IMG/VR virus record: IMGVR_UViG_3300024346_000011
DNA from: a virus
Reading direction: 5' to 3' (one strand)
Length of the DNA: 64,000 bases
How positions within the stretch are numbered: the first letter of the stretch is position 1; each line of letters opens with the position of its first letter. Below the pieces are notes generated by a model, which saw nothing but the letters and a program-made list of their open reading frames with translations, did not search any database and was not told the DNA's origin. Positions 38,072 through 46,757 of this stretch are shown here, piece by piece. Made by a program: the position numbers and the translations under genes.

Positions 38072-39349
38072 TTATCTTCCGTATTTAATAATGCCCATTA
38101 ACTGATTAATAGCAGCAAATGTGCCTGTTAGTTTCATTACCTTACCTTTGTAACGGAATACTAAACCTTCAGTTGGAATGATAGATTCAACTCCACCAAT
38201 GCGCTCCAATCTTTCAAGTTCTGCCATTACTTTAGCAATTTGTTTCTCATCTCCACCTTTCTTAACCTTTTCAGCTTCAGTGCGGATTTGATTATGTAGT
38301 CTTTGCATCTCTTTATCAGGTGATGCAGCGACAAAATTACTTGCATTTTTAAGAATAATAGAACCTAATTCTAAGAATAAATCCTCAAAAGGTCTAATAT
38401 TCTCTTTATACAATTTGCCAGCATTCTTATCGAACTCCTTAACTTTAGCGGCTCCATCTTTGCCAATCTCTTTGTCAAGTGCTCGCATATTTAATGCTGT
38501 TTTATTATCATAAGCCCAACGTAATAACATTCCTTCTTTCATATCTTGTGGAACTGTTGGGAAATTCTTTTCAATTTGTTCTCTCCACCAAGCTTCATGA
38601 TACTTTGTTACCTCATCAGAGTCTGATAAATTATATCTATCTCTAAGAGTATCAACCTGTTTAATGAACTTTGCTTTGTTCTGATCAAAATTGATGTCTT
38701 TACCAATTTGAATAATCTGTGGAGGGATAACTGTAAATACGCTACCAATGTGTGCGTTTACTTGTGCTAATGCCGCTGGAATAGATTTTGCAGGTTTTGT
38801 ATCTTCACCTATAATATTGCCTTCGCCATCAGTTAATTTAATACCATGGAATTGAATCAAGTTTCTATCATAATGAATCACATTTGGATTCTTAGAGTAG
38901 ATCAATTCCATATTCATAAAGTTTTTACCATTACCAAATACTTCTAAATCTTTTGGAGAAAGTCTTGGTAAGGCAGCTGCTAAATCTTCAGCTGCTAAGT
39001 GGAATGTTTCTTCTACCATTTTAGAAGGGTGACCAGCGAACTTATCTTTAAAAGTTTGTAAGTTCATTGGGTTTTTTAATTCTGTCTTATTACGAGCAAA
39101 TTTAACCTCACCATCTTGAACAGTTGCAAATACATTTTGACCATCTGTCTTTTCAGTTGGATCTTCTTCAAATCTTAAATTGCCTTGTAAGCCGGCTTCA
39201 ATGATCTTTTTAAAATCGCCAAATGTCAAATCTTTTTCGTCAAATGGATGCGACATGTGGCCAGCTGCACCACCTTCCATAATCAGATCAGATTGTGGAG
39301 CCTCGTATCTTTCAACTAAAAACTGCTGGTATGTGAGTAATTTTTTCAT
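38072..39349 (-). CDS. RNA/DNA-ligase-like nucleotidyltransferase-fold protein (tagged)
   Basis: GGAAGHMSHPFD, TEKTDG (KxDG), NMELI, EGLVF, MKLTG; N-terminal MKKLLTYQQFLVE. Confidence 0.6.
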   Translation of the reverse strand: MKKLLTYQQFLVERYEAPQSDLIMEGGAAGHMSHPFDEKDLTFGDFKKIIEAGLQGNLRFEEDPTEKTDGQNVFATVQDGEVKFARNKTELKNPMNLQTFKDKFAGHPSKMVEETFHLAAEDLAAALPRLSPKDLEVFGNGKNFMNMELIYSKNPNVIHYDRNLIQFHGIKLTDGEGNIIGEDTKPAKSIPAALAQVNAHIGSVFTVIPPQIIQIGKDINFDQNKAKFIKQVDTLRDRYNLSDSDEVTKYHEAWWREQIEKNFPTVPQDMKEGMLLRWAYDNKTALNMRALDKEIGKDGAAKVKEFDKNAGKLYKENIRPFEDLFLELGSIILKNASNFVAASPDKEMQRLHNQIRTEAEKVKKGGDEKQIAKVMAELERLERIGGVESIIPTEGLVFRYKGKVMKLTGTFAAINQLMGIIKYGR

Positions 39350-39840
39350 TATCTATAATTCTTTTTAAGCCACTCTTCGATGTGTTTTACAGTTGAATCA
39401 AATACTCTACTTCTGTTGTAATCCATACCAAAGTTTTTAAAGTATTCTTTAGCCTCATAATAAGCCGGTTCAACTTCTTCGTTATTATTAATTTTATCTT
39501 CAATGAATGAAATAATTTCTGAAGCATAATACTTTGCTTTCATATATAAGTTATCATACCCTCCGTTAAATACATCATAAAAATCTGAACCGTAAAACTT
39601 TTTAACATTTGGTCCAAATTTCTCCATGTTGGTCCAAGAACCGTCATTAAAGATAAGCCATAAATGTGCAAATGTTAATCTATTCTCATCGGCCAATCCA
39701 TAACGCTTCATCTTTTTAGCAGCTTGAATAACCTCAGCTGGAAAAGGTAATTTACCATTATCTTTCTCCCAACCAACAATATCGCGCTCTGTTACAAAGC
39801 GCTCGTTTAAGAATTGCTCAAATAGTTTAACGTATTTCAT
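39349..39840 (-). CDS. Putative internal head protein (tagged)
   Basis: MKYVKLFEQFLNE. Confidence 0.6.
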   Translation of the reverse strand: MKYVKLFEQFLNERFVTERDIVGWEKDNGKLPFPAEVIQAAKKMKRYGLADENRLTFAHLWLIFNDGSWTNMEKFGPNVKKFYGSDFYDVFNGGYDNLYMKAKYYASEIISFIEDKINNNEEVEPAYYEAKEYFKNFGMDYNRSRVFDSTVKHIEEWLKKNYR

Positions 39841-39853
39841 TTTGTTTTTGTTA

Positions 39854-40264
39854 TTATTTCTTAATCTTTGCTAGAGAGCCGTTTGTTTCTTCATACAGGA
39901 ATGAAAACTTAGACTTTGCATAAAGAGTTCCCATTGAGAATGATATTAATACGCCGTCTGGTTTTTTCATAGCAGTATTGTATGCATCTGTTGCAGCGGC
40001 CTCGTCGTCAAATATACCAATATATTGTTTTGAGCCAGCAGAACCAATTGTATATCCTGCTTCTAATCTAATTCTTTGACCATAAAAATCTGCAGAATTA
40101 TGAGCAAACACTAAGTATTTAGTCTCACCCTTTTCCGGTAGATTGTCGCTATGCTCACCGAATTCATTTCTAGAATTATAGTGATAAGAACCAAATTGAA
40201 TAGATTCATCTACTGGTATGTTATTGGCTTCTGTAAAACTTTCAAATGTTTTTATATTCTTCAT
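39854..40264 (-). CDS. Putative internal head protein (tagged)
   Basis: Start ATG 40264 overlapping the upstream stop: MKNIKTFESFTE. Confidence 0.6.
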   Translation of the reverse strand: MKNIKTFESFTEANNIPVDESIQFGSYHYNSRNEFGEHSDNLPEKGETKYLVFAHNSADFYGQRIRLEAGYTIGSAGSKQYIGIFDDEAAATDAYNTAMKKPDGVLISFSMGTLYAKSKFSFLYEETNGSLAKIKK

Positions 40265-40566
40265 TTTGACCATGGATGATTTTTTGATACCATTTTAGCA
40301 CCGTGAATTAGACCAAGAACGTCTCTATCTCTTTCAGAGTGATAGATTCTGCCTTCATCGTGGAAGTACTTCCAGTGAGCCTCTTTTGACCCTTTACGAA
40401 TACCATAAGAAACATCCTCTTTCTTATCGTAGATCACCTGGTTATCCTTGTGTAATTCCTTGTATGCATTCATAAACTTATCAAGCTCATAGCCAACGAT
40501 GGTATTGTAGGTATTAAAAATACCTGCTTCGTTAACAAATTGCTCAAATAGTTTAACGTGTTTCAT
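40261..40566 (-). CDS. Putative internal head protein (tagged)
   Basis: MKHVKLFEQFVNE. Confidence 0.6.
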   Translation of the reverse strand: MKHVKLFEQFVNEAGIFNTYNTIVGYELDKFMNAYKELHKDNQVIYDKKEDVSYGIRKGSKEAHWKYFHDEGRIYHSERDRDVLGLIHGAKMVSKNHPWSK

Positions 40567-40568
40567 GA

Positions 40569-40889
40569 TTAGTCTAAATATCCGCCTTGATTGTGTACTT
40601 TATAACCCATTGGCTTTTTGTACTCGGATTTATAGTTTAATTTTAATTTCTTTAGGATCTTAGCTGCCTCTTTTTCGCCTCTGATGATTTTAATCACGTT
40701 CCAGTGTTCGTCCTCAGAGTAAGATCCTGGTTCATCGCCCTTTGGCGGGTTACCATTGCCTGATCTATAAAAATCAGCTGCATTTAAAGCTGAAACTGCT
40801 TTTCTATAATCTTGTGAATTATCAAAAGTGTATGAGTTATCCAGGTTTGCTTCGTTAATAAACTGCTCAAATAATTTTAAGTGTTTCAT
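40569..40889 (-). CDS. Putative internal head protein (tagged)
   Basis: MKHLKLFEQFINE. Confidence 0.6.
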   Translation of the reverse strand: MKHLKLFEQFINEANLDNSYTFDNSQDYRKAVSALNAADFYRSGNGNPPKGDEPGSYSEDEHWNVIKIIRGEKEAAKILKKLKLNYKSEYKKPMGYKVHNQGGYLD

Positions 40890-40891
40890 AA

Positions 40892-41191
40892 TTATTGAAT
40901 GTATGCGTTTAATTCGTATTTGTTTTTCATGCCATAAATCTGGATATGTAACATCTTCTTTTGTGGCTTGCCGTCTTTTGTTAGACCAATACTAGCTTTA
41001 TTAGTTACACCCTCCTTTGGCTTAGCTGGGCCAATTGAAATTTCATTCCAAATGTCGTCGTCATTAACCTCATAGCCTTTGGATTTTGCATACTCTAATG
41101 CTGCATCAACCGCAGATGAATATTGATTATGATAAATCTGATAATCAGACTTTTCATTTACAAACTGTTCGAATAACTTTGTATGTTTCAT
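40892..41191 (-). CDS. Putative internal head protein (tagged)
   Basis: MKHTKLFEQFVNE. Confidence 0.6.
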   Translation of the reverse strand: MKHTKLFEQFVNEKSDYQIYHNQYSSAVDAALEYAKSKGYEVNDDDIWNEISIGPAKPKEGVTNKASIGLTKDGKPQKKMLHIQIYGMKNKYELNAYIQ

Positions 41192-41197
41192 ATTGCT

Positions 41198-41246
41198 AAT
41201 ATAATAAAAAAACTTGACCCGGAAAAATCCAGGTCAAACTTTTTTC
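41198..41246 (-). promoter_or_regulatory. Repeated hairpin terminator/promoter element, copy 2
   Basis: GAAAAAAGT-TTGACCTGGA-TTTT-TCCGGGTCAA-G-T7-ATTATATT; colinear with 28078..28126. Confidence 0.6.
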
Positions 41247-41250
41247 TATT

Positions 41251-42384
41251 TTATTTAAACTTTTTAAGTTTATCTTCGATTAACTTTTTAGCGTCGTACA
41301 TAATGCCAGGAGATCTGAAAGATCCTCCAATATCATTAGCTTCTTTCTTAATCATTGCTAATAAATCATCAATTGAAACTTCAACTTGTGACATTAGATC
41401 TTCTCTTCTCTCGTCTTCATCATCTGAAATTGTGCCATCAGCTTTCTTTTCAGAAACTACTGATTCCATAGTTGCAATCTTTCTGAATTCATCAACAATC
41501 TTTTTTGCTTTAGAACCTTTATGACCAGCTGCAGATACGATTTGATTAAATAATTTATCATCACCTTTAGCTAATTCATCCTCAGTGTATGCTCCATCTG
41601 GGCCTGCAACTTGAGTGTATAATTCCATTGCAATTTGCTCATCCTTTTCGCTTTCGTTAACTAATTCAAGTGAAAGTGGTAACTCGGCTGATTCGTTTAA
41701 ATTATATTTAGTAATTGCTGTTAATAATTTAGAAGCAGCTTCTTCTTCACCGATATGATTTAAGTATTGAACAGTGCCATTAGCGATAGCATAACCGCTC
41801 CATCCTGCTGCATTAGCAATATCTGAATATAATTCTTCTGATTTACCTGTTAATTTAGAGCCTTTAGATGCAGCTCCAATTGCTTTAGAAGTAACCATCT
41901 CTTTGTGAAAATTAGCATCTTCCATTGCATCAGCATAAACTTTAGCAATAGTATTTAAGTCTGTTAAGCCTGATTTTTTCCAAATAGTAACAACTTTGCC
42001 GTTTTCTCTTTTACCTTCGTTAATTTCTTCAGATTCTTTAATAAGAACTGGATATGTTTTGCCATTGAATTCAAATTCTTCTTTGCCTTCGTCTTTAGCT
42101 TTTTTAGCAGCAGCTGCAAATGCTCTACCTTCTTCAACAGGTTCTTCTGCAACCTCTTCTGATTCTTCAGAAACATTACCAAATGCCTTTGTGATAAACT
42201 CTCTTTTTGCTTCTAACTCTAATTCGTCAAAAGAAGTAATATCCATTTCATCAAGAATTGCAGCTAATCTACCAGCCAATTCAGATCTTTTAGCAACTTT
42301 TTCTTCTGCTAATTTAGCTTCAGTCTCTTGAGCTCTTAACTGTGAAAACGTCTGAAAAGACGTAATTTTACTCATTTCTGCCAT
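41251..42384 (-). CDS. Modular putative internal head protein
   Basis: MAEMSKITSFQTF; INE/LNE/VNE/ESVVSE linkers; shares a 29-aa module with the protease-scaffold. Confidence 0.6.
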   Translation of the reverse strand: MAEMSKITSFQTFSQLRAQETEAKLAEEKVAKRSELAGRLAAILDEMDITSFDELELEAKREFITKAFGNVSEESEEVAEEPVEEGRAFAAAAKKAKDEGKEEFEFNGKTYPVLIKESEEINEGKRENGKVVTIWKKSGLTDLNTIAKVYADAMEDANFHKEMVTSKAIGAASKGSKLTGKSEELYSDIANAAGWSGYAIANGTVQYLNHIGEEEAASKLLTAITKYNLNESAELPLSLELVNESEKDEQIAMELYTQVAGPDGAYTEDELAKGDDKLFNQIVSAAGHKGSKAKKIVDEFRKIATMESVVSEKKADGTISDDEDERREDLMSQVEVSIDDLLAMIKKEANDIGGSFRSPGIMYDAKKLIEDKLKKFK

Positions 42385-42416
42385 TTTATTAATATTTGTT
42401 TATTTTTGTCATTACT

Positions 42417-43925
42417 TTATATATCTCCTTCGAATTGTATTCTTTTAATATTATACTCAAACTTCTCTTGGCGATATATTGATTGTCTAGCCTTACCGTG
42501 CTTATATAAATAGTTATCCCACTCATCAGTTCTAATATCATCAACAAAATCTATAATAACTACTTTATCCTTGGACTCATGTTGTCTCAATCCTCTACCA
42601 ATAGATTGGCGAATAATTACTTCAGATTTGAATGATTCTGTAAAGAAAATGTTGTGTATTTTTTTAATAGAAATACCAGTTGAAAATGTACCATAAGAAG
42701 CTACAATAACTACCTCTTCACCTTGCTCCATCTTCTTTTTGTATTCTTCGCGAATATCCTTGTCAGTTCCTCCATCAACATAGTAAACTCGCTTAGCACT
42801 ATCCTGCCTAAGCTTTTCGTATAGCCTCTTACCGTGTTCAATGCGGTGGAAAAGGACCAAACTATTACGTGGTATTCTGGAAATGACGCTAGCAATAAAG
42901 CTGAGGCGGCCTGGGTTATTGATGATAAAATTTTGTTCAAGTTGAAATACATCTTTATTTTCGTATTTATTAGTTGCTAATTCCATAAAGGCCCTACGTT
43001 GCGATTCTGTTGCATAATTCATTTCAATTACTTTAACAGCACATTGTGCAATGTGTCCTTGTTTTTGTAGGAAACTTGCCTTTACTTCGCTGATCACTGG
43101 TCCAGTTTGACTCATAAGTGTCAATTTATCTAATGTACCATCTTTTGGTAAGGTACCTGATAAACCGAATCTATATTTAGCTTGTGTACATTTTTGTAGA
43201 ATGGTTTTAATTGAGGCTGATTTGGCTTTGTGTGTTTCATCCACAATTACAGCGTCAAACTGCTCAAAATATTCTTTAGGCTTTTTAATCAGTGATTGAT
43301 ATGTACCAATAACAATATTCTTATTACTTTTAATCTTTTGACCTGCAAATATCTGTTGAATGCGTAAATCAACCTTATTCATATAATTATATTCGTGAAA
43401 ATCCTCATGTGCTTGGACAACAAGAGAAACATTAGGTACAATAAAAAGTATACGTTCAGCCTTTTTCTTTTCAAGCATATAGGCAACTGTTAAAAATGAA
43501 ATTAATGTTTTACCAGCTGACGTTGCCAATTCAGCTAAACATTTTCTAAATTTAAGAACATTAAAGGCAGTTTCAATCTGATAATCTCGAGGTGTAATTT
43601 CAGCACCATTAAAGAAGTTCATTGACCATTGTTCGAATGATTCAATATTAATATCTGGGTCAATTAATCTACGAATACCTTGGATATCTACATCATATTT
43701 GTAGTCCTTACACACGCTAATAACATAACGCCACAAACCGGCCGGGATCCATTTATCATCCTTCATATAGGAGATATAACCATCCCAAACTCCCTTCTTT
43801 ACAAGAGGGTTAAATCGCCAATTATCAATACGTTTAGTTAATGCAATACGAAGCTGTTCTAATTCTAGCTCTGTGATTTCATCAATACGTAGAAATTGAT
43901 TATCTTCTGTTAAAGTTAATACCAA
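42417..43925 (-). CDS. uvsW: UvsW-like SF2 DNA helicase
   Basis: PRDYQ, ATSAGKT, IVPNVSLVVQ, IVDETH, RFGLSGT, ASYGTFSTGISIK, QSIGRGLR; probable TTG start. Confidence 0.93.
   Translation of the reverse strand: MVLTLTEDNQFLRIDEITELELEQLRIALTKRIDNWRFNPLVKKGVWDGYISYMKDDKWIPAGLWRYVISVCKDYKYDVDIQGIRRLIDPDINIESFEQWSMNFFNGAEITPRDYQIETAFNVLKFRKCLAELATSAGKTLISFLTVAYMLEKKKAERILFIVPNVSLVVQAHEDFHEYNYMNKVDLRIQQIFAGQKIKSNKNIVIGTYQSLIKKPKEYFEQFDAVIVDETHKAKSASIKTILQKCTQAKYRFGLSGTLPKDGTLDKLTLMSQTGPVISEVKASFLQKQGHIAQCAVKVIEMNYATESQRRAFMELATNKYENKDVFQLEQNFIINNPGRLSFIASVISRIPRNSLVLFHRIEHGKRLYEKLRQDSAKRVYYVDGGTDKDIREEYKKKMEQGEEVVIVASYGTFSTGISIKKIHNIFFTESFKSEVIIRQSIGRGLRQHESKDKVVIIDFVDDIRTDEWDNYLYKHGKARQSIYRQEKFEYNIKRIQFEGDI
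42418..42425 (-). promoter_or_regulatory. Putative late promoter GATATATA
   Basis: Overlaps the uvsW stop, upstream of 41251..42384. Confidence 0.55.
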
Positions 43926-43944
43926 AACTCATATCAACTATTTT

Positions 43945-44373
43945 TTAGAGTTTAGAAATATCTAAACGGTTTTTGATTGCAAAACCCATATTATCTAGAG
44001 TTTTAACAGAGCCTTCCAAGAAAGACTTTTGAGTTTCTAAAAGCTCAAGCATGTGTTTGTCATCTGCCATATCTGCATCTAGAAACCTCTCTTTTTGTTT
44101 GTCGGTAAGCTTATAATCGTAATTATAATACTCAATCCATTTTTGCTTGTATAAACGATCACATGCTGATTTTTGGCTGCGAATCTTTGTACCAATTGAA
44201 GCTAATTGTTCAACCATAATCTGACGATATGATAGAGTATATGCACTCACTTCTTCAAGATTGGTACCGAGTTTAAGATCTTCAGCCAATTGCTTAATCT
44301 TAAGGGTCCATTCTGTTCGTTGAGCATCTAAATACTCATCTAACTTAATAAGCTTTTCTTGCTTTGTTGACAT
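43945..44373 (-). CDS. uvsY: UvsY-like recombination mediator
   Basis: 142 aa helical protein; KWIEYY...FLDAD...VKTLDNMGFAIKN matches the UvsY pattern; next to uvsW. Confidence 0.65.
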   Translation of the reverse strand: MSTKQEKLIKLDEYLDAQRTEWTLKIKQLAEDLKLGTNLEEVSAYTLSYRQIMVEQLASIGTKIRSQKSACDRLYKQKWIEYYNYDYKLTDKQKERFLDADMADDKHMLELLETQKSFLEGSVKTLDNMGFAIKNRLDISKL

Positions 44374-44588
44374 TAGAATAATTGGTTTTTATTATTATTT
44401 TTTATATATGTGCTCGTACTAAGTTTCTTTTTAAACTTAGGTTGTAGAATTGTAAAATCCTTTTCTTGATAATTAAGATTAGAAAGATCAAAGCTCACAA
44501 ACTCTCTTAAGTTTCTTGGCTTTTCGCTCTCTTTCTCAAAATCTTCAAATGATTCTTCAATCATAAGTTCAAAGTCTATATTTTTCAT
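44373..44588 (-). CDS. Small hypothetical protein
   Basis: 71 aa, coupled at both ends. Confidence 0.55.
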   Translation of the reverse strand: MKNIDFELMIEESFEDFEKESEKPRNLREFVSFDLSNLNYQEKDFTILQPKFKKKLSTSTYIKNNNKNQLF

Positions 44589-45712
44589 AGGTAATATGCG
44601 TCCAATTTAGAGTTGCTAAAATATTGATCGATACTTTTGATTGACGCATCTTTTAAAATATATGCAGCCCTAACAAGGTCGTTCAAATCACCCAGTTCTT
44701 TAGGATATTTATCTAATTCATTTTTATCAACCCCTTTAAGGAATTGTTGCCATTTAATATCCATCTTTGTTTCTTCGAAGAATTTTTGCCACATAAAGAT
44801 CTTTTTACCTCTACGTAGCTTTTCCATCATCTTCTTTTTACCAGTGTCGTCATTATCAAACATATAACGAATGGTAGGGATCTCATCAAACTCTTCAGTT
44901 GAGCGGCCAGCAGTTGCAAGTCCAATACTGTTTTGAATAAACATTGCATCAATTGGACCTTCAAACATGGTGACTTCTCTTTGTAAATCGACTTTTAATA
45001 CGCCAAATAGAGTTGAGATCTTTTTAAGACTAATTAGTTCTTCTTCAGTAACCTTTAATTCTTTATCCATCTCTTGATAAATGCGCTCAATATCATAAGT
45101 CAAATATCTAGATTTGCGATGTTTTGTAAGTGCTCTTGTCTGTAATCCAATAATCTTATTGTTTGGTGCAAGATTGAGAACTACAAGTCTCTTATCTTTT
45201 GGTGAATAGAGAAAGTATTCAAGTTTGTGGGTAAGTAATCTGTTTCTTAAGTAAAAAAATGGAGCATCTCCAGGTTCTACTTCAACCCAACCTAAAGCAT
45301 CTTTTAATTCTTGGCGGGTTGGTGATAGATCATAAATCAATTTGAATACATCGTGCTCAAGAACTTCAACGTCGTTAGTTTCGATCTTATGTTCTTGGAT
45401 GTAATCAATAATCGCAATTGAATCATCGCGATCTGCAAATTGAATATGGTGATCTTTTAAGAGTGAATAAACATCTCCATGTTCTCCACAGTTAAAACAG
45501 TGATATTGTAGTGTATCCCAATACAAATTACCTCGCTTTTTAGAGGAATCTGTACTGGAATCACCACAATATGGACATGCCAGGCTTATACGGCCTGGCA
45601 TTTCCTTAATCATCTGTTTCGAAGGTTCGTGGTGGTGTTTTACGACCACCTGCTTAACTAATCCTCGAATCTTAGATTTTAATTGTTCATCTATCTTAGA
45701 GATCGAGGTCAT
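44585..45712 (-). CDS. gp61: DNA primase (gp61-like)
   Basis: CPYCGDS...RG...YHCFNCG zinc finger, EGPIDAMF, FDND TOPRIM motif, DLND. Confidence 0.93.
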   Translation of the reverse strand: MTSISKIDEQLKSKIRGLVKQVVVKHHHEPSKQMIKEMPGRISLACPYCGDSSTDSSKKRGNLYWDTLQYHCFNCGEHGDVYSLLKDHHIQFADRDDSIAIIDYIQEHKIETNDVEVLEHDVFKLIYDLSPTRQELKDALGWVEVEPGDAPFFYLRNRLLTHKLEYFLYSPKDKRLVVLNLAPNNKIIGLQTRALTKHRKSRYLTYDIERIYQEMDKELKVTEEELISLKKISTLFGVLKVDLQREVTMFEGPIDAMFIQNSIGLATAGRSTEEFDEIPTIRYMFDNDDTGKKKMMEKLRRGKKIFMWQKFFEETKMDIKWQQFLKGVDKNELDKYPKELGDLNDLVRAAYILKDASIKSIDQYFSNSKLDAYYL

Positions 45713-46628
45713 TCAAGAAATCATCTAGATCGTTATCAGAACTTACGCTAGTTGGCTCTGGACTACCTACCATTTCTGAAGGAAATTCGAAATCTGTAGC
45801 TGATTCCACTGTTGCTTTTTGAGCAGGAGCCGCTTTCTTAGCGGCTGCTTTAGGCCTAGAAACTACGCTGTCAATAGAATCTCCAGGATTCAAATATTGA
45901 CGAAGGATTCCATTAACGAAATCGCGAGTTTCACCATCCCAAGACTTGTACTCATAAGGCTCAAGAGAAGGAGCCGCGTCCAATTCAACTTTAAGTGATG
46001 ACATTGTCTCTTTGTTACGCTCTGCTGGAGCGCCATCAAGAACAACTGCTGAACGGCTTGCTGAGAATTTAGATTTGTCGTAGTTATTGTAATCACCTTG
46101 GCGAGTAATAATCAACTCAAAATTCTTACCTTCAAAGAGGTCAAATACTTGGGTTGGTTCGCCGAATGCAGGCTTCAATTCCTCGTCGATCTTTTCTTTG
46201 ATCTTGTAACCAAACTTGAAGATCATGTATTGACCTTCGTATTCAGGGTGTTGAGGATCCTTAATAACTTTAATTAGAGAGTAATATTGCTCACGGCGCT
46301 TCAACTTCTCAGACATTTTACGGTCTACTGCTGAATCGCTGTTACGCAATTTAAAGAATACATCAGCAATCGGGCATTTCTCATTTACTGTAGATGGTGA
46401 ATCGATCAAACGACCGTTACCTTCTGCGTCTGTCAGCCAGTGTACGTACTTTTTAACAAGAGAGTTGCGTGGATTTGCTGGATTAGGAACAAAGCGAATC
46501 AATGCTTTATATGTTCCGTCTTTGCCTTGATCGGCGCTCGGCTTATAGATATTATCTGTTGTCGAGCTTGTTTGTTGGTGGGTGTCAACGTCTGCTACAC
46601 CCAAGTTGAAGATGTCAAAATCTGCCAT
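45696..46628 (-). CDS. gp32: Single-stranded DNA-binding protein (gp32-like)
   Basis: ALIRFVP, CPI, FKFGYKI, FDLFEGKNF, YNNYDKSKF, acidic tail DLDDFLNDLDL. Confidence 0.9.
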   Translation of the reverse strand: MADFDIFNLGVADVDTHQQTSSTTDNIYKPSADQGKDGTYKALIRFVPNPANPRNSLVKKYVHWLTDAEGNGRLIDSPSTVNEKCPIADVFFKLRNSDSAVDRKMSEKLKRREQYYSLIKVIKDPQHPEYEGQYMIFKFGYKIKEKIDEELKPAFGEPTQVFDLFEGKNFELIITRQGDYNNYDKSKFSASRSAVVLDGAPAERNKETMSSLKVELDAAPSLEPYEYKSWDGETRDFVNGILRQYLNPGDSIDSVVSRPKAAAKKAAPAQKATVESATDFEFPSEMVGSPEPTSVSSDNDLDDFLNDLDL

Positions 46629-46711
46629 AACTTTAAAACTTTAATTTTCTTTAATAATTGTTTAACTTCTTTGATTGTCTTTCGGTACCTTTAAAACTTT
46701 CAAATACGAAT

Positions 46712-46740
46712 ATTATACGTGTCCCCTCTAAAAGGTTTCA
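46712..46740 (-). promoter_or_regulatory. Putative middle promoter TGAAAC-N17-TATAAT for the gp32 operon
   Basis: TGAAAC CTTTTAGAGGGGACACG TATAAT. Confidence 0.7.
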
Positions 46741-46757
46741 CAGTTCTCCAAAAAATA

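Noticed and set aside
39802-41191. Regularly spaced repeats suggesting a CRISPR array
   Set aside because: Repeats are degenerate, encode the N-terminal tag and are separated by 300-400-nt ORFs; no cas genes
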